64,000 bases of DNA. Source: Dehalococcoidia bacterium (GTDB lineage Bacteria; Chloroflexota; Dehalococcoidia; Lucifugimonadales; UBA3495). Shown here piece after piece: positions 19,766 to 29,600 of this stretch; the first letter of the stretch is position 1; each line of letters begins with the position of its first letter. The position numbers and the translations under genes were made by a program. Below the pieces are notes generated by a model. That model worked only from the letters and a program-made list of their open reading frames with translations. It was not told where the DNA came from and made no database searches. The stretch lies in NCBI GenBank assembly GCA_963665395.2, contig OY762251.1, positions 3,483,448 to 3,547,447 on the forward strand. The letters are read 5' to 3'.

Positions 19766-20350
19766 CTAGCTCCCTCGCCCGCGGGCCAAGGCCAGCCCAC
19801 CAATGGCGGCGGCCAGCAGCAGCAGGGACACCGCTTCAAAGGGCAGCACGAAGTCTCCGATGAGGAGGTCCGCCAACCCGCCGCTGCTGACGTTCTCCAC
19901 CTCGGCGGCGGTCAAACCGGCGCCGGCCAACTCCGTTGCATCAGGGATTCCGACCGCCTGGGTATGTGCGATCTGGCCTTTGCTCTCCAAGCCCGCCCCG
20001 GCCAACGTGGTCCAGTCGGTGGTGACTGCGGTAACGATCATGGCCGCCAGCAGCAGGGCGGAGACCAGCGCCGCCGGGATCTGCAGGCGGTTGGGCGCGT
20101 TGCCCTGCTGCACGTCCCGGGTCAACATCACGGCAAAAATGAACAGCACGGCGATGGCGCCGACGTAGATCAGGATTTGCACTACGGCGAGGAACTCGGC
20201 GTTCATCAACACGAACAGGCCGCCGACGGCGACGAACACCATGGCCAGCAGCAGGGCCGAGCGGAACAGGTCGCGGACCAGCACGACTCCCAGAGCGCCG
20301 GCGATGGCGGTCACCGAAAGGATCCAGAAGACCAGCTGCTCGAACCACAT
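19766..20350 (-). CDS. nuoJ: NADH-quinone oxidoreductase subunit J
   Basis: Membrane protein placed between nuoI and nuoK. Confidence 0.8.
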   Translation of the reverse strand: MWFEQLVFWILSVTAIAGALGVVLVRDLFRSALLLAMVFVAVGGLFVLMNAEFLAVVQILIYVGAIAVLFIFAVMLTRDVQQGNAPNRLQIPAALVSALLLAAMIVTAVTTDWTTLAGAGLESKGQIAHTQAVGIPDATELAGAGLTAAEVENVSSGGLADLLIGDFVLPFEAVSLLLLAAAIGGLALARGRGS

Positions 20351-20914
20351 CTAGGCTTCGTCCTGGCTATTTTGACCGTTGCCTTCGAGGCGCATTCCGG
20401 CCTTTTCGTGCTGGTGCCACCGCCATCGCTCGCGGCCCACTTCACGCCACCCCAGGGGGCGACTGGCGCCGGGCCGGTAATCCATGCCCTCCAGTTGGGG
20501 GCGGAACCAGGTGCTGGGGTTTTTCTCGGCCTGCCGAAGGCGGTCGATGGTGATTATCAGGTCGGTCCGCCGGTATTGGCCTTCCTCGAAGCCGCTGCCC
20601 ATGAACAGGGCATCGTAAGGGCAGGCTTCCACGCACAGGCCGCAGAACATGCAACGCTGGAGCTCGATGTCAAAGGTTTCGAGCCGGTACTTGTCGCCCT
20701 GGAGCGGCGCCGTCTCGCTGGGACTGGTGACAATTTTGATGATGCCCAGAGGGCAATACTTGGCGCAGGACGCGCATCCGGTGCAACGTTCCTCATACCA
20801 GGTGAACTCCTCGCCCCGGAACCGGGGGTGCTGCCGGACGCGCTGCTCCGGGTATGAGGTGGTGAAGGGTTTACGCACCAGGTTGGACAGCGTAACCAGC
20901 AAGCCCTTTGCCAT
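20351..20914 (-). CDS. nuoI: NADH-quinone oxidoreductase subunit I (2x4Fe-4S) with about 50-aa C-terminal extension
   Basis: ATG at 20914 (MAKGLLVTLSN). Motifs CTGCASCAKYCP and CMFCGLCVEACP. Confidence 0.85.
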   Translation of the reverse strand: MAKGLLVTLSNLVRKPFTTSYPEQRVRQHPRFRGEEFTWYEERCTGCASCAKYCPLGIIKIVTSPSETAPLQGDKYRLETFDIELQRCMFCGLCVEACPYDALFMGSGFEEGQYRRTDLIITIDRLRQAEKNPSTWFRPQLEGMDYRPGASRPLGWREVGRERWRWHQHEKAGMRLEGNGQNSQDEA

Positions 20915-20946
20915 TTCCAGTCCGTACACGTCAATCCTCCCCGGCG

Positions 20947-22179
20947 TCAGTTCACTTCGATGGTGGGCACGCCGCGTACCAGCGGCTGGGAAGCGGGAGT
21001 GACCGGCAGACCGGTGCGGACCTTCTCCCGTATCAATCGCCCGAAAAACGCGATGGAGACGGCGGCCAGCACGATGTTGATACCAGCCATTATCCACAGA
21101 TCTGCGGTGGTCAGGATACCATTAGCGTCTCTCAGGAAAAATACCTCCAACACCACCGCCGCCAGGTTGATCATGCTCAGGGGCATGAGGAACTTCCAAC
21201 AGACCGCCATGATTTGGTCCAAGCGCAGGCGCGGGTAGGTGGAACGGATCCAGACGAAAAGGAAGATGCCGATAAAGGTCTTGATAAGGAACCACAGCCA
21301 GCCCAACCAGTCGGCGACTGGGCCGGCCCAACCGGCGAGGAACAGCGTGGCGATCAGGCCGGACACCACCAACACGCCGCCGAATTCGGCCGCCTGGATC
21401 AGGGCGAATTTGATGCCGCTGTACTCGGTGTGATAGCCGGCGATGATTTCCGATTCGGCTTCCGCCACGTCGAAGGGGGTACGGTTCAGTTCGGCGGACA
21501 TTCCGGCGACGAAGACGAAGAACGCCAAGGGCTGCACCAGGAAGAACGGCACCGCCTGAGCGGCCACGATATCACCCAACGACATTGACCCGGCGACCAT
21601 TACCACGCCCAGCAGCGACAGCACCACGGGCACTTCGTAACTGAGCAGCACGGCAACGGCGCGGCCGGCCCCGAAAAGCGCGTACCGGTTGTTGGACGCC
21701 CACCCGGCGGTGAAAATGGCTATGGACGTGAGCGAACTCACGGCCAATACGAAAAGGACACCCACGTTCAGGTCGACCAGCGCCACGTCCTTGGCGAAGG
21801 GCAGCACCGCGGTGCCCAACAGAAGTGCCGCCACCATGAGTATCGGCGCGATGGTAAACGCAAGCCTGTCCGCGCCGTAGGGAATAATGTCCTCTTTGCT
21901 GATCAGTTTAGCCACGTCCGCAATCGGTTGGAACGCGCCGAACGGGCCCCAGCGGTTGGGACCCACGCGGTTATGGAACCGACCCAGCAGCCTCCGCTCT
22001 CCCCAGCTCACCATCGCCGAACCCAGCAGCACCGCGTTGATCAGGATGAGCATGATGACCAAGCCGGCGATAACGAGGGACAGCCAGCAGGGCAGGACAT
22101 GGGCCGCCGCGTTGTAGATAAAGGCGAACAGCGGGTTGCCGCCCAGCGGGCCGTCGGGATTGAGGAGGCAACCGTTCAT
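20947..22179 (-). CDS. nuoH: NADH-quinone oxidoreductase subunit H
   Basis: Motifs WGERRLLGRFHNRVGPNRWGPFG and AELNRTPFDVAEAESE. Confidence 0.85.
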   Translation of the reverse strand: MNGCLLNPDGPLGGNPLFAFIYNAAAHVLPCWLSLVIAGLVIMLILINAVLLGSAMVSWGERRLLGRFHNRVGPNRWGPFGAFQPIADVAKLISKEDIIPYGADRLAFTIAPILMVAALLLGTAVLPFAKDVALVDLNVGVLFVLAVSSLTSIAIFTAGWASNNRYALFGAGRAVAVLLSYEVPVVLSLLGVVMVAGSMSLGDIVAAQAVPFFLVQPLAFFVFVAGMSAELNRTPFDVAEAESEIIAGYHTEYSGIKFALIQAAEFGGVLVVSGLIATLFLAGWAGPVADWLGWLWFLIKTFIGIFLFVWIRSTYPRLRLDQIMAVCWKFLMPLSMINLAAVVLEVFFLRDANGILTTADLWIMAGINIVLAAVSIAFFGRLIREKVRTGLPVTPASQPLVRGVPTIEVN

Positions 22180-23282
22180 CGGTCAACCTCGCCCATGTTT
22201 ATGTCAACACTGCCCAGGGAAACGATCATATCGGCCAGTTTCCAGCCCAGCAGCAGATGCTCGGTGATGGTGAGATTAATCAGGGACGGGGAACGGATTT
22301 TGCAGCGGTACGGCGATACGCCGCCGTCGCTGACCAGGAAGAAACCAAGTTCGCCCTTGGACGCTTCGACCCGGCCGTAAGCTTCGGCGCCGGGTTCGGC
22401 GCGCAGCACCATGGGCAACTCGAGGCGCACCGGGCCCGGTTCGATCTGGGCGACGCATTGGCGGACGATGCGGAGGCTTTGGTGGACTTCCTGCATTCGC
22501 ACCCAGAAGCGGTCGTAGTTGTCGCCGTTGCGCCCAATGGGGACGTCGAACTCCACTTCGTCGTAGGCGTCGTAGGGCGCCATTTTGCGCCAGTCCCAGT
22601 TGATCCCGCTGGCTCGCAGCACCGGGCCGCTGACGGAGCAGTTGACGGCAACATCGGCGGGAAGCGGGCTGACGCCGCGAGTGCGGGCCATGAGGATCTC
22701 GTTGTTGAGCAACAGGTTTTCCAGCTCCTCCAGCTCAGGCTCAAAATCCTGAAGGAATTGCTCCAGAGCCGGCCAGAAGTCGGCCGGGGCGTCGGCGAAA
22801 ACTCCGCCGGGGCGCATATAGCTTACGGTGACGCGGGCGCCGCAGAGCATTTCAAACAGGTCCAGGATGCGCTCGCGGCTGCGGAAGGTGTACATCAACG
22901 GCGTGCCGAAAGCGCCCAATTCCTGAATGAAGAAGCCCACCGCGATCAGGTGACTGGCAATGCGCTGGAGTTCGGCGGCCAGGGTGCGCAAGTATTTCCC
23001 CCGCCGAGGGGGTTCGATACCCAGGAGCTGTTCGACGGCGAGACAATAAGCCTGGTTGTTGATCATGGAGGAGGTGTAGTCCAGGCGGTCGGTGAGGGTT
23101 ACGATCTGGACGTAGTTGCGCTCCTCGGCCAGTTTTTCGGTGCCTCGGTGCAGGTAGCCCAGCACCGGCTCGACTTCCACGATGTCCTCGCCGTCAAAGG
23201 TGATGCGCACCCGAAAAACGCCGTGGGTGCTGGGGTGCTGCGGCCCCACGTTGACCGTCATCGGCTCGGTGCGAATGGTCAT
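22176..23282 (-). CDS. nuoD: NADH-quinone oxidoreductase subunit D
   Basis: Start MTIRTEPMTVNVGPQHPSTHGVFR at 23282. The ATGA at 22179..22176 overlaps the nuoD stop with the nuoH start. Confidence 0.85.
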   Translation of the reverse strand: MTIRTEPMTVNVGPQHPSTHGVFRVRITFDGEDIVEVEPVLGYLHRGTEKLAEERNYVQIVTLTDRLDYTSSMINNQAYCLAVEQLLGIEPPRRGKYLRTLAAELQRIASHLIAVGFFIQELGAFGTPLMYTFRSRERILDLFEMLCGARVTVSYMRPGGVFADAPADFWPALEQFLQDFEPELEELENLLLNNEILMARTRGVSPLPADVAVNCSVSGPVLRASGINWDWRKMAPYDAYDEVEFDVPIGRNGDNYDRFWVRMQEVHQSLRIVRQCVAQIEPGPVRLELPMVLRAEPGAEAYGRVEASKGELGFFLVSDGGVSPYRCKIRSPSLINLTITEHLLLGWKLADMIVSLGSVDINMGEVDR

Positions 23283-23322
23283 GGCTTGACGGCTCAGATA
23301 ATCCCGCCGGAACGGGTTTAGT

Positions 23323-23766
23323 TTAGAGGAAGTCCTTGCGTAGGGGATGGCCGTCAAAGCCTTCCCACAGCATGATGCGTTTCATGTTGGGGTGGCCGTT
23401 GAAGCGCACGCCCATCAGGTCCCAGATTTCCCTTTCCTGGAAGTCGGCGCCTTTCCAGACGCCCACGACGGAGGCGGCGACTGGTTCCGCGCGGCCGTAA
23501 ATCCGGCTGCGAACAACCCCGGTGTGCAATTTTGTAAAGGAGGTCAGATGATAGACGAGCTCGAAATACTCCACGAAGTCGATGGCGCTGATGGCGTTGA
23601 GAAACTGGAAGTCAAGATCCGGGTCATCACGCAACGCAGCGCCGGCGGACGCCAACGTGGCGGGTTCTACCCAAACTGCCGCTTCGTCCCAACTTAAAAC
23701 CGCATTTGGCGCGGCTTCCTGCAAGCGCTGGGCCAAGGTTTCACCGGACAGGGCTGTAAGCGTCAC
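23323..23766 (-). CDS. nuoC: NADH-quinone oxidoreductase subunit C
   Basis: GTG start overlaps the nuoB stop (GTGA). Motifs [19 protein letters not shown] and GHPLRKDF. Confidence 0.8.
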   Translation of the reverse strand: MTLTALSGETLAQRLQEAAPNAVLSWDEAAVWVEPATLASAGAALRDDPDLDFQFLNAISAIDFVEYFELVYHLTSFTKLHTGVVRSRIYGRAEPVAASVVGVWKGADFQEREIWDLMGVRFNGHPNMKRIMLWEGFDGHPLRKDFL

Positions 23767-24395
23767 GGCTTGAAGCTCTCTGTGCCCAGGTTGCGGTATT
23801 TCTTGATTTTTTCGTGGAGTTCCATGATGCCGTACAGCAGGGCGTCGGGCCGGGGCGGGCAACCCGGCACGTACACATCGACCGGGATGACGTGGTCCAC
23901 GCCGGGGACCACGCTGTAGGAACCGAAGTACGGGCCGCCGCTGGTGGCGCATACTCCCATGGAGATCACCCAGCGAGGTTCGGCCATCTGCTCATAGATG
24001 CGTTTGATGGGCGGGGCCATCTTCCAGGTTACGGTGCCGGCGACGATCATCAGGTCAGCCTGTCGAGGCGAGGCGCGGAACACCTCCATCCCGAAGCGGG
24101 ATATATCAAACCGGCCCATGGCAGTCGCCATCATTTCAAATGCACAGCAGGCCAGACCGAAGGACACGGGCCACAGCGCCGACTTGCGGCTCCAGTTAAC
24201 CAGCGCGTCCACGGAGGTGACCATGAGGTTCCGCTTCAGGTCGTCCGGCACTTCGATGGCCGGAACCTCAATAGGGAACTGAGACGCGGCGATGAGTTCA
24301 TTGACCATTTGCCCTTCAGAGCGGTCAATGTCCCAGGTGCGATTGTGCAGGGGGCCGCCAACCGCAGGCAGGGTGAAGTGAGTCGATTCAGCCAT
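23763..24395 (-). CDS. nuoB: NADH-quinone oxidoreductase subunit B
   Basis: Motifs [21 protein letters not shown] and GCPPRP. The ATG at 24395 lies 5 nt after the nuoA stop. Confidence 0.85.
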   Translation of the reverse strand: MAESTHFTLPAVGGPLHNRTWDIDRSEGQMVNELIAASQFPIEVPAIEVPDDLKRNLMVTSVDALVNWSRKSALWPVSFGLACCAFEMMATAMGRFDISRFGMEVFRASPRQADLMIVAGTVTWKMAPPIKRIYEQMAEPRWVISMGVCATSGGPYFGSYSVVPGVDHVIPVDVYVPGCPPRPDALLYGIMELHEKIKKYRNLGTESFKP

Positions 24396-24400
24396 GGGCT

Positions 24401-24787
24401 CTATCCTTGCCATTCCAGATCCCGCTTGCGCCAGGCGTAGGCCCAGGCGAGCAGCAGGATGCCCACGAACACGGCCATTTCAATCAAGGCGAACAATTCC
24501 AGGGTCAGGAACTTGGTTGCCCACGGGTAGAGGAAAACCACCTCCACGTCAAAAATGACGAACAGGATGGCGAACATATAGTAGCGGAACTGGAAGCGGT
24601 TCCAGGTGCCGCCGATGGTCTGCACGCCGCACTCGTAGGTGTCGTGCTTGACCGGGTCAGGGCGCGCCGGGCGGATGCCGAACTTGGACAGGCCAAAAGA
24701 GGCCAGCAGCATACTGCACGGCACCACGATGGACAGCGCCAGGAAGATAGCGATGAGACCGTACTGGCCGAAATAATCTTCAAGCAT
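24401..24787 (-). CDS. nuoA: NADH-quinone oxidoreductase subunit A
   Basis: Start [17 protein letters not shown]. Motifs YECG and [12 protein letters not shown]. Confidence 0.85.
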   Translation of the reverse strand: MLEDYFGQYGLIAIFLALSIVVPCSMLLASFGLSKFGIRPARPDPVKHDTYECGVQTIGGTWNRFQFRYYMFAILFVIFDVEVVFLYPWATKFLTLELFALIEMAVFVGILLLAWAYAWRKRDLEWQG

Positions 24788-24912
24788 GATAGCGGCGTGC
24801 CTGCCAGGATTCACGGGAGCGTCTGGCTAATTTGGCGGCGGCATTATACCATAACCCCGTTATCGCAAAACCCCGATAATGAACCCGACATCCGCAGATA
24901 GGGGGAAACGAA

Positions 24913-25311
24913 ATGACGATGCTCTCGCAAGAACAATTGCGTGAGAAGGCTCAACGGAGCAAGTATCGCAACCTGCACCGTCACCTTGGTGAGCACCGGG
25001 GGTTGGTCTGGAACGCCACTTTCGCCGAAATCGAAACTATCCTCGGTTTCAAACTCCCGCCAGCGGCTCGCCGGAACAAAGCATGGTGGGGGAATCAGGG
25101 CAACAGCAACGGTCATGTTCAATCCTTGGCTTGGACCTCCGCCGGATGGGAAGCCGCCAACGTCAATTTGGAAATCGAGTCCTTGACGTTCCATCGCCGG
25201 AGATCGCAGCCAATCAATCTTGACGAGATATGGCCTGTCCACCCAACGCTGCGGTGGCCGAAGGGCGGCATGAGCCTCAGACGTGAAGACCTCTACGAAG
25301 ACCGGATTTGA
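24913..25311 (+). CDS. Two-part protein: uncharacterised KY..L/LP..AR...WW.N domain plus a short tail (…MSLRREDLYEDRI); it occupies the antitoxin position upstream of the PIN gene
   Basis: N-terminal motifs SKYRNLHRHL, FAEIETILGFKLPPAARRNKAWWGN and AWTSAGWEAANVNL. The stop lies 7 nt before the PIN gene start. Confidence 0.55.
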   Translation: MTMLSQEQLREKAQRSKYRNLHRHLGEHRGLVWNATFAEIETILGFKLPPAARRNKAWWGNQGNSNGHVQSLAWTSAGWEAANVNLEIESLTFHRRRSQPINLDEIWPVHPTLRWPKGGMSLRREDLYEDRI

Positions 25312-25318
25312 TGCTACG

Positions 25319-25738
25319 ATGTTTGCCGACACCAATGTTCTCATCTGCTCTCGTGTCAGCGAGACCCCAAATCACCACCTAGCCAGAGCCATGCTCCAAC
25401 GCGCCCTTCGAAGCCCTGAGCCCGTGCGAATCAGTAGGCAGATTATACGCGAGTACTTGTCCGGCATCACCCGGCCAACTTGGGACGGGCACATCGCGCC
25501 GGAGGATGCGCTCAATGACGTGGTCACGATGCTTGACACCTACGAAATCCTTGAGGATAGCCAGGTAGTGACCGATACGCTGCTTGCGTTATGCCGCGAA
25601 GTCGTCGTCAGCAGCCGACAAATTCACGACGCCAACATCGTTGCCACCATGCTTGCCTACGGTGAGCGTCACCTGCTCACCTTCAACGTAGCGGATTTTC
25701 GTCGCTACGGCGACCGCATCGACTTGATAAGCAACTAG
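25319..25738 (+). CDS. vapC: PIN-domain ribonuclease toxin (VapC-like)
   Basis: Start MFADTNVLI (first acidic residue). Also QIHDANIVATML and a second-half acidic residue in NVADF. Confidence 0.75.
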   Translation: MFADTNVLICSRVSETPNHHLARAMLQRALRSPEPVRISRQIIREYLSGITRPTWDGHIAPEDALNDVVTMLDTYEILEDSQVVTDTLLALCREVVVSSRQIHDANIVATMLAYGERHLLTFNVADFRRYGDRIDLISN

Positions 25739-25756
25739 CGGGGTGACCGCCTTACC

Positions 25757-26635
25757 ATGCCCTCCAACTCCAAGGACTGGACCAGCCAGTACATCCAAGC
25801 CAACGGCATCCGCCACCACTATCTGGAGTGGGGCGATGCGGGCAACCCGCCGCTGCTGATGCTTCACGCCACCGGCTTGTGCGCCTGGCCCTGGAAACCC
25901 CTGGCGCGGCGCCTGGCCCAGCGTTACCGAGTGCTGGCTTTCGACCAAAGGGGCCACGGGGACACCGACAAATCGGAAAAAGGATACCGCTTTGAGTACG
26001 CCGGTGAAGATCTGGCGGCCATCGTAGAGGCGATGGGGTTGCGGCAGCCGAGAGTGGTGGGCCACTCGTCGGGCGGACTGGCCGCCATAATCGCCGCCAA
26101 TATCCTGCCGGATGGGTTTGGCCCGGTGGCGCTGGTGGAAACTAGGGTCAGCAACGACGCGCCCACCACGGCTACCCAAGATCTCAATCGACGCGCCGAA
26201 CGCACCCGCATGAAGCGCCCGGTCTGGGAATCCCGCGAAGCGATGTTCGAAGCCTATCGCACCAGGGCCGCCTTCAAGGATTGGGAGGATGAGCCATTCA
26301 AAGAATTCATCACCGGCGGCGCCAAAATGCTGCCTGATGGTCGCGCGGAGTTGAAATGCCACCCGGAAACGGAAGCCACGTTCTATGGAATGCGCGACGC
26401 TCTGCCGGTTGAGGGCTACCTGCGCGGATTGGCGGGCAAATGGTTGCTGCTGTTGGGCGATTATCCCGGATGCCAACGACTGGACGATGCCGGCGTCAGG
26501 CAATTTCAGGAACTGGTGGCCGGTTCGCGGGTGAAGGCGATGGGGAAAGGCAGCCACTTCCTGCCCATGGAATACCCGCAGGATGTGCTTGAGGCCGCGT
26601 TGTCCTGGTTTGACGCCTGCGGAGCGGAGACGTAA
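25757..26635 (+). CDS. Alpha/beta hydrolase
   Basis: Oxyanion region LLMLHATG, nucleophile elbow VVGHSSGG, and FDQRGHGDTD. Confidence 0.8.
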   Translation: MPSNSKDWTSQYIQANGIRHHYLEWGDAGNPPLLMLHATGLCAWPWKPLARRLAQRYRVLAFDQRGHGDTDKSEKGYRFEYAGEDLAAIVEAMGLRQPRVVGHSSGGLAAIIAANILPDGFGPVALVETRVSNDAPTTATQDLNRRAERTRMKRPVWESREAMFEAYRTRAAFKDWEDEPFKEFITGGAKMLPDGRAELKCHPETEATFYGMRDALPVEGYLRGLAGKWLLLLGDYPGCQRLDDAGVRQFQELVAGSRVKAMGKGSHFLPMEYPQDVLEAALSWFDACGAET

Positions 26636-26684
26636 TATCGCGCCTGTGCCTTTGTCAACAAACTTCGATGCGCGGACTGATATT

Positions 26685-27917
26685 GTGAACTCCCCTAAAA
26701 ACCCCTCCGGCCCGCTGGCCGGCCTGCGTGTGCTGGACCTGTCCATCATCGTCGCCGGCGGCACCGCATCGTCATTGATGGCCGACTTCGGCGCCGAAGT
26801 GGTCAAAGTGGAAAGGCCCGGTTCCGGTGATCCACTGCGCAACTGGGGGCCCTTCTACAACGGCGTTTCGCTTTGGTGGAAAGTTCATTCTCGCAACAAG
26901 CAGTCCATTACACTGAACATGGCCGACGCTCGGGGGCAGCGAGTCCTCAAGGATTTGGCGCGGCAGGCGGATGTGCTGATCGAGGGTTTCCGGCCCGGCA
27001 CGCTGGAACGCTGGGGGTTGGGACCCGCAGACCTGCACGGATCTGATGTCAACCCGGGGCTGGTCATCCTGCGCTTCTCCGGGTTCGGGCAGACCGGGCC
27101 TTACAAGGACCGTCCCGGATTCGGCACCATCGCCGAGTGCATGAGCGGGTACATCGGAATGACGGGCTTCCCGGATACTCCGCCGAACCTGCCCCCGGTG
27201 CCGCTGGCCGACGAGATCGCCGGGGTGTTCGGAGCGATGGCCGGGATGATGGCGATTTACCGGCGCGACGCTGACCGGCGAGACGGTCAGCCCGGGACCG
27301 GGCAGGTGGTTGACCTCAGCCTCTTCGAGCCGCTGTTTCGGCTCTGCATTCCCCATCTCACGATCTACGACCGTTTGGGAGAAATCCGGGAGCGGGTGGG
27401 CAACGATTTTCCCGACGCCGCGCCGCGCAGCCTGTTCCGCACCGGCGATGAGCGTTGGTTGGGACTCTCCGCCACGTCGCAAAACACGTGGGAGGGACTG
27501 GCGCAGGCTATGGGCCTGGGAGAGCTGCTGGATGATCCACGTTTCACCAACAACGCGGCCCGTTTGCAGCACAAAGACGCCCTCAACGAAATCTTGCAAG
27601 AGTGGCTGGGCGGTCGCAACACCAACGCGGTGATGGACGAGCTCATACCCGCCGGCGGCGTGGTAGGCCCCGTTTATAACAGCGCCGACATTATCGCCGA
27701 TCCGCACTACCAATCTCGCGAAGACATCATCGAGATGGACGACCCTGAGTTGGGACAGACCAAGATGCTGGGGCTGGTGCCCAAATTCAGCGACACGCCG
27801 GGCGAGTTGCGGCACATGGGGCCCACGGTAGGCCAGCACAACGCAGTAATTTACGGCGGTTGGCTCGGCATGAACAACAGCGACCTGGAAACCCTGGCAG
27901 CGGAGGGCGTGATTTAG
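26685..27917 (+). CDS. Family III CoA-transferase (CaiB/BaiF type)
   Basis: Motif GPLAGLRVLDLSIIVAGGTASSLMADFGAEVVKVERP. The GTG start at 26685 is uncertain. Confidence 0.8.
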   Translation: MNSPKNPSGPLAGLRVLDLSIIVAGGTASSLMADFGAEVVKVERPGSGDPLRNWGPFYNGVSLWWKVHSRNKQSITLNMADARGQRVLKDLARQADVLIEGFRPGTLERWGLGPADLHGSDVNPGLVILRFSGFGQTGPYKDRPGFGTIAECMSGYIGMTGFPDTPPNLPPVPLADEIAGVFGAMAGMMAIYRRDADRRDGQPGTGQVVDLSLFEPLFRLCIPHLTIYDRLGEIRERVGNDFPDAAPRSLFRTGDERWLGLSATSQNTWEGLAQAMGLGELLDDPRFTNNAARLQHKDALNEILQEWLGGRNTNAVMDELIPAGGVVGPVYNSADIIADPHYQSREDIIEMDDPELGQTKMLGLVPKFSDTPGELRHMGPTVGQHNAVIYGGWLGMNNSDLETLAAEGVI

Positions 27918-27919
27918 TT

Positions 27920-28528
27920 ATGTCCGGTCCGGTTCTCCTGGTGGCGACGCGAAACCCCGGCAAGATGCGTGAATACCGGCAACTGCTCTCCGGCTGGCCC
28001 GGGTCCCTGATTTCTCTGGACGACGCCGGCGTGGCTGATGAGGTTGAGGAGACCGGCGACACGTTTCTCGCCAACGCGCGCCTCAAGGCCAGCGAGTACG
28101 CCCGACTGTCGGGTTGCCTGACAATCTCGGACGATTCGGGGCTTGAGGTTCACGCGCTGGGCGGCGCCCCGGGAGTGTATTCAGCCCGCTACGGCGGCGA
28201 CGCTTGCGCGTCGGACGAAGACCGGGTAGAACTGCTCCTGCGCAACCTGGAGGGCGTGCCCTGGGAACGACGGATCGCTCGGTTCCGTTGTTTCACCGCC
28301 ATCGCCGGGCCCGGCGGCCAGGCGCTGTCCACCGTCGTCGGCTCGATTGCGGGGATGGTACAATACGAACCGATGGGCGAGCACGGGTTCGGCTATGATC
28401 CAGTGCTCTACCTGCCTTCTTACGGCAAGACCATAGCGCAACTGCCGCTGGAAGACAAAAACCGCATCAGCCACCGCGCTGACGCGGCCCGGAAAGCGGG
28501 AGTTGTCCTGCGAAGTCTCACCGCCTGA
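27920..28528 (+). CDS. rdgB: Non-canonical purine NTP pyrophosphatase (RdgB/HAM1)
   Basis: Motifs LLVATRNPGKMREY, ISDDSGLEV, GAPGVYSARY and FGYDPV. Confidence 0.85.
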   Translation: MSGPVLLVATRNPGKMREYRQLLSGWPGSLISLDDAGVADEVEETGDTFLANARLKASEYARLSGCLTISDDSGLEVHALGGAPGVYSARYGGDACASDEDRVELLLRNLEGVPWERRIARFRCFTAIAGPGGQALSTVVGSIAGMVQYEPMGEHGFGYDPVLYLPSYGKTIAQLPLEDKNRISHRADAARKAGVVLRSLTA

Positions 28529-28530
28529 CT

Positions 28531-28558
28531 CTGGATTCCCGCCAATGCGGGAATGACG
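28531..28558. repeat. REP-like hairpin ctggattcccgccaatgcgggaatgacg
   Basis: Same family as 13091 and 19382. Confidence 0.7.
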
Positions 28559-28571
28559 AAGCGACGCCGTT

Positions 28572-29588
28572 ATGATTACCGACTTATTTGGCCGCCCGCT
28601 ACGGGACTTGCGAATCTCGGTTACCGACCGTTGCAATTTTCGGTGTCCTTACTGTATGCCGGCCGAAATATTCGGCGAGGCGTACGAGTTCCTGCCCAAG
28701 GACGAGATATTGACTTTCGAGGAAATCGCGCGTCTGGCCGGATTATTTGTCACCGCCGGCGTGAATAAACTCCGCATCACCGGGGGGGAGCCGTTGCTGC
28801 GGGTTGATCTTCCCAACCTGATCAACCAACTCTCGGAGATCCCCGGCGCTGACGACATTACCCTGACTACCAATGGTTATCTGCTGGCACAGCAGGCGAG
28901 CCAGCTGGCGGAAGCTGGCCTGCACCGCATCACCGTCAGCCTGGATTCGCTGGACGACACGGTGTTCAAGCAGATGAACGGGCGGGGTTTCGGCGCCCGC
29001 CGGGTGCTGGACGGCATCAACCGGGCCGCCGCCGCGGGTTTGTCGCCGGTCAAAATCAACGCCGTAGTTCAGAAGGGCATGAACGACCACACCATCGTGG
29101 AGCTGGCTCGTCATTTCAAGGGCACCGGGCACATCGTACGATTCATCGAATACATGGACGTGGGCAATCGCAACGGCTGGAAACTGGATCAGGTGGTATC
29201 CGCCGCCGAAATCGTAGGGATGATCGACGCGGAGCTGGGCTTGGAACCGGCAGAACCCAACTACGTTGGTGAGGTGGCAAATCGCTGGCGGTACCAGGAC
29301 GGGGAAGGAGAGATCGGTGTGATCGCGTCAGTTACGCAACCCTTCTGCGCCGACTGCACTCGGGCCAGACTCGCCACGGACGGAAAAATCTACACCTGTT
29401 TATTCGCCACGGATGGCGTTGACCTGCGCGGGCCGATGAGAGACGGGGCTGATGACGAGGAATTGGCCGGCATCATCGCCGGTGTGTGGAGGGTGAGACG
29501 GGATCGTTATTCCGAAGAACGGACCGAGAACACGGCAACACAAGACAACGCCCGACCGAAAGTCGAGATGTACCACATTGGCGGTTAG
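28572..29588 (+). CDS. moaA: GTP 3',8-cyclase (radical SAM)
   Basis: Motifs LRISVTDRCNFRCPYCMP and the C-terminal cluster CADCTRARL. Confidence 0.9.
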   Translation: MITDLFGRPLRDLRISVTDRCNFRCPYCMPAEIFGEAYEFLPKDEILTFEEIARLAGLFVTAGVNKLRITGGEPLLRVDLPNLINQLSEIPGADDITLTTNGYLLAQQASQLAEAGLHRITVSLDSLDDTVFKQMNGRGFGARRVLDGINRAAAAGLSPVKINAVVQKGMNDHTIVELARHFKGTGHIVRFIEYMDVGNRNGWKLDQVVSAAEIVGMIDAELGLEPAEPNYVGEVANRWRYQDGEGEIGVIASVTQPFCADCTRARLATDGKIYTCLFATDGVDLRGPMRDGADDEELAGIIAGVWRVRRDRYSEERTENTATQDNARPKVEMYHIGG

Positions 29589-29600
29589 CGGGAGGCCCAC

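Noticed and set aside
26583-26684. ATG at 26583 as the CoA-transferase start
   Set aside because: It would overlap the hydrolase gene by 53 nt and add a non-conserved Arg/Pro-rich extension. The family-typical N-terminus (PLAGLRVLDLS) begins shortly after the GTG at 26685.
25589-26842. 417-aa minus-strand ORF
   Set aside because: It is antisense to the alpha/beta hydrolase and the start of the CoA-transferase, with no recognisable motifs.
28529-28571. Possible Moco riboswitch upstream of moaA (and upstream of moeA at 41929..42388)
   Set aside because: The spacer before moaA is only ~43 nt and is filled by a REP-like hairpin. The moeA upstream region is occupied by the MITE and REP copies. 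No Moco-motif-like architecture was recognisable by eye.
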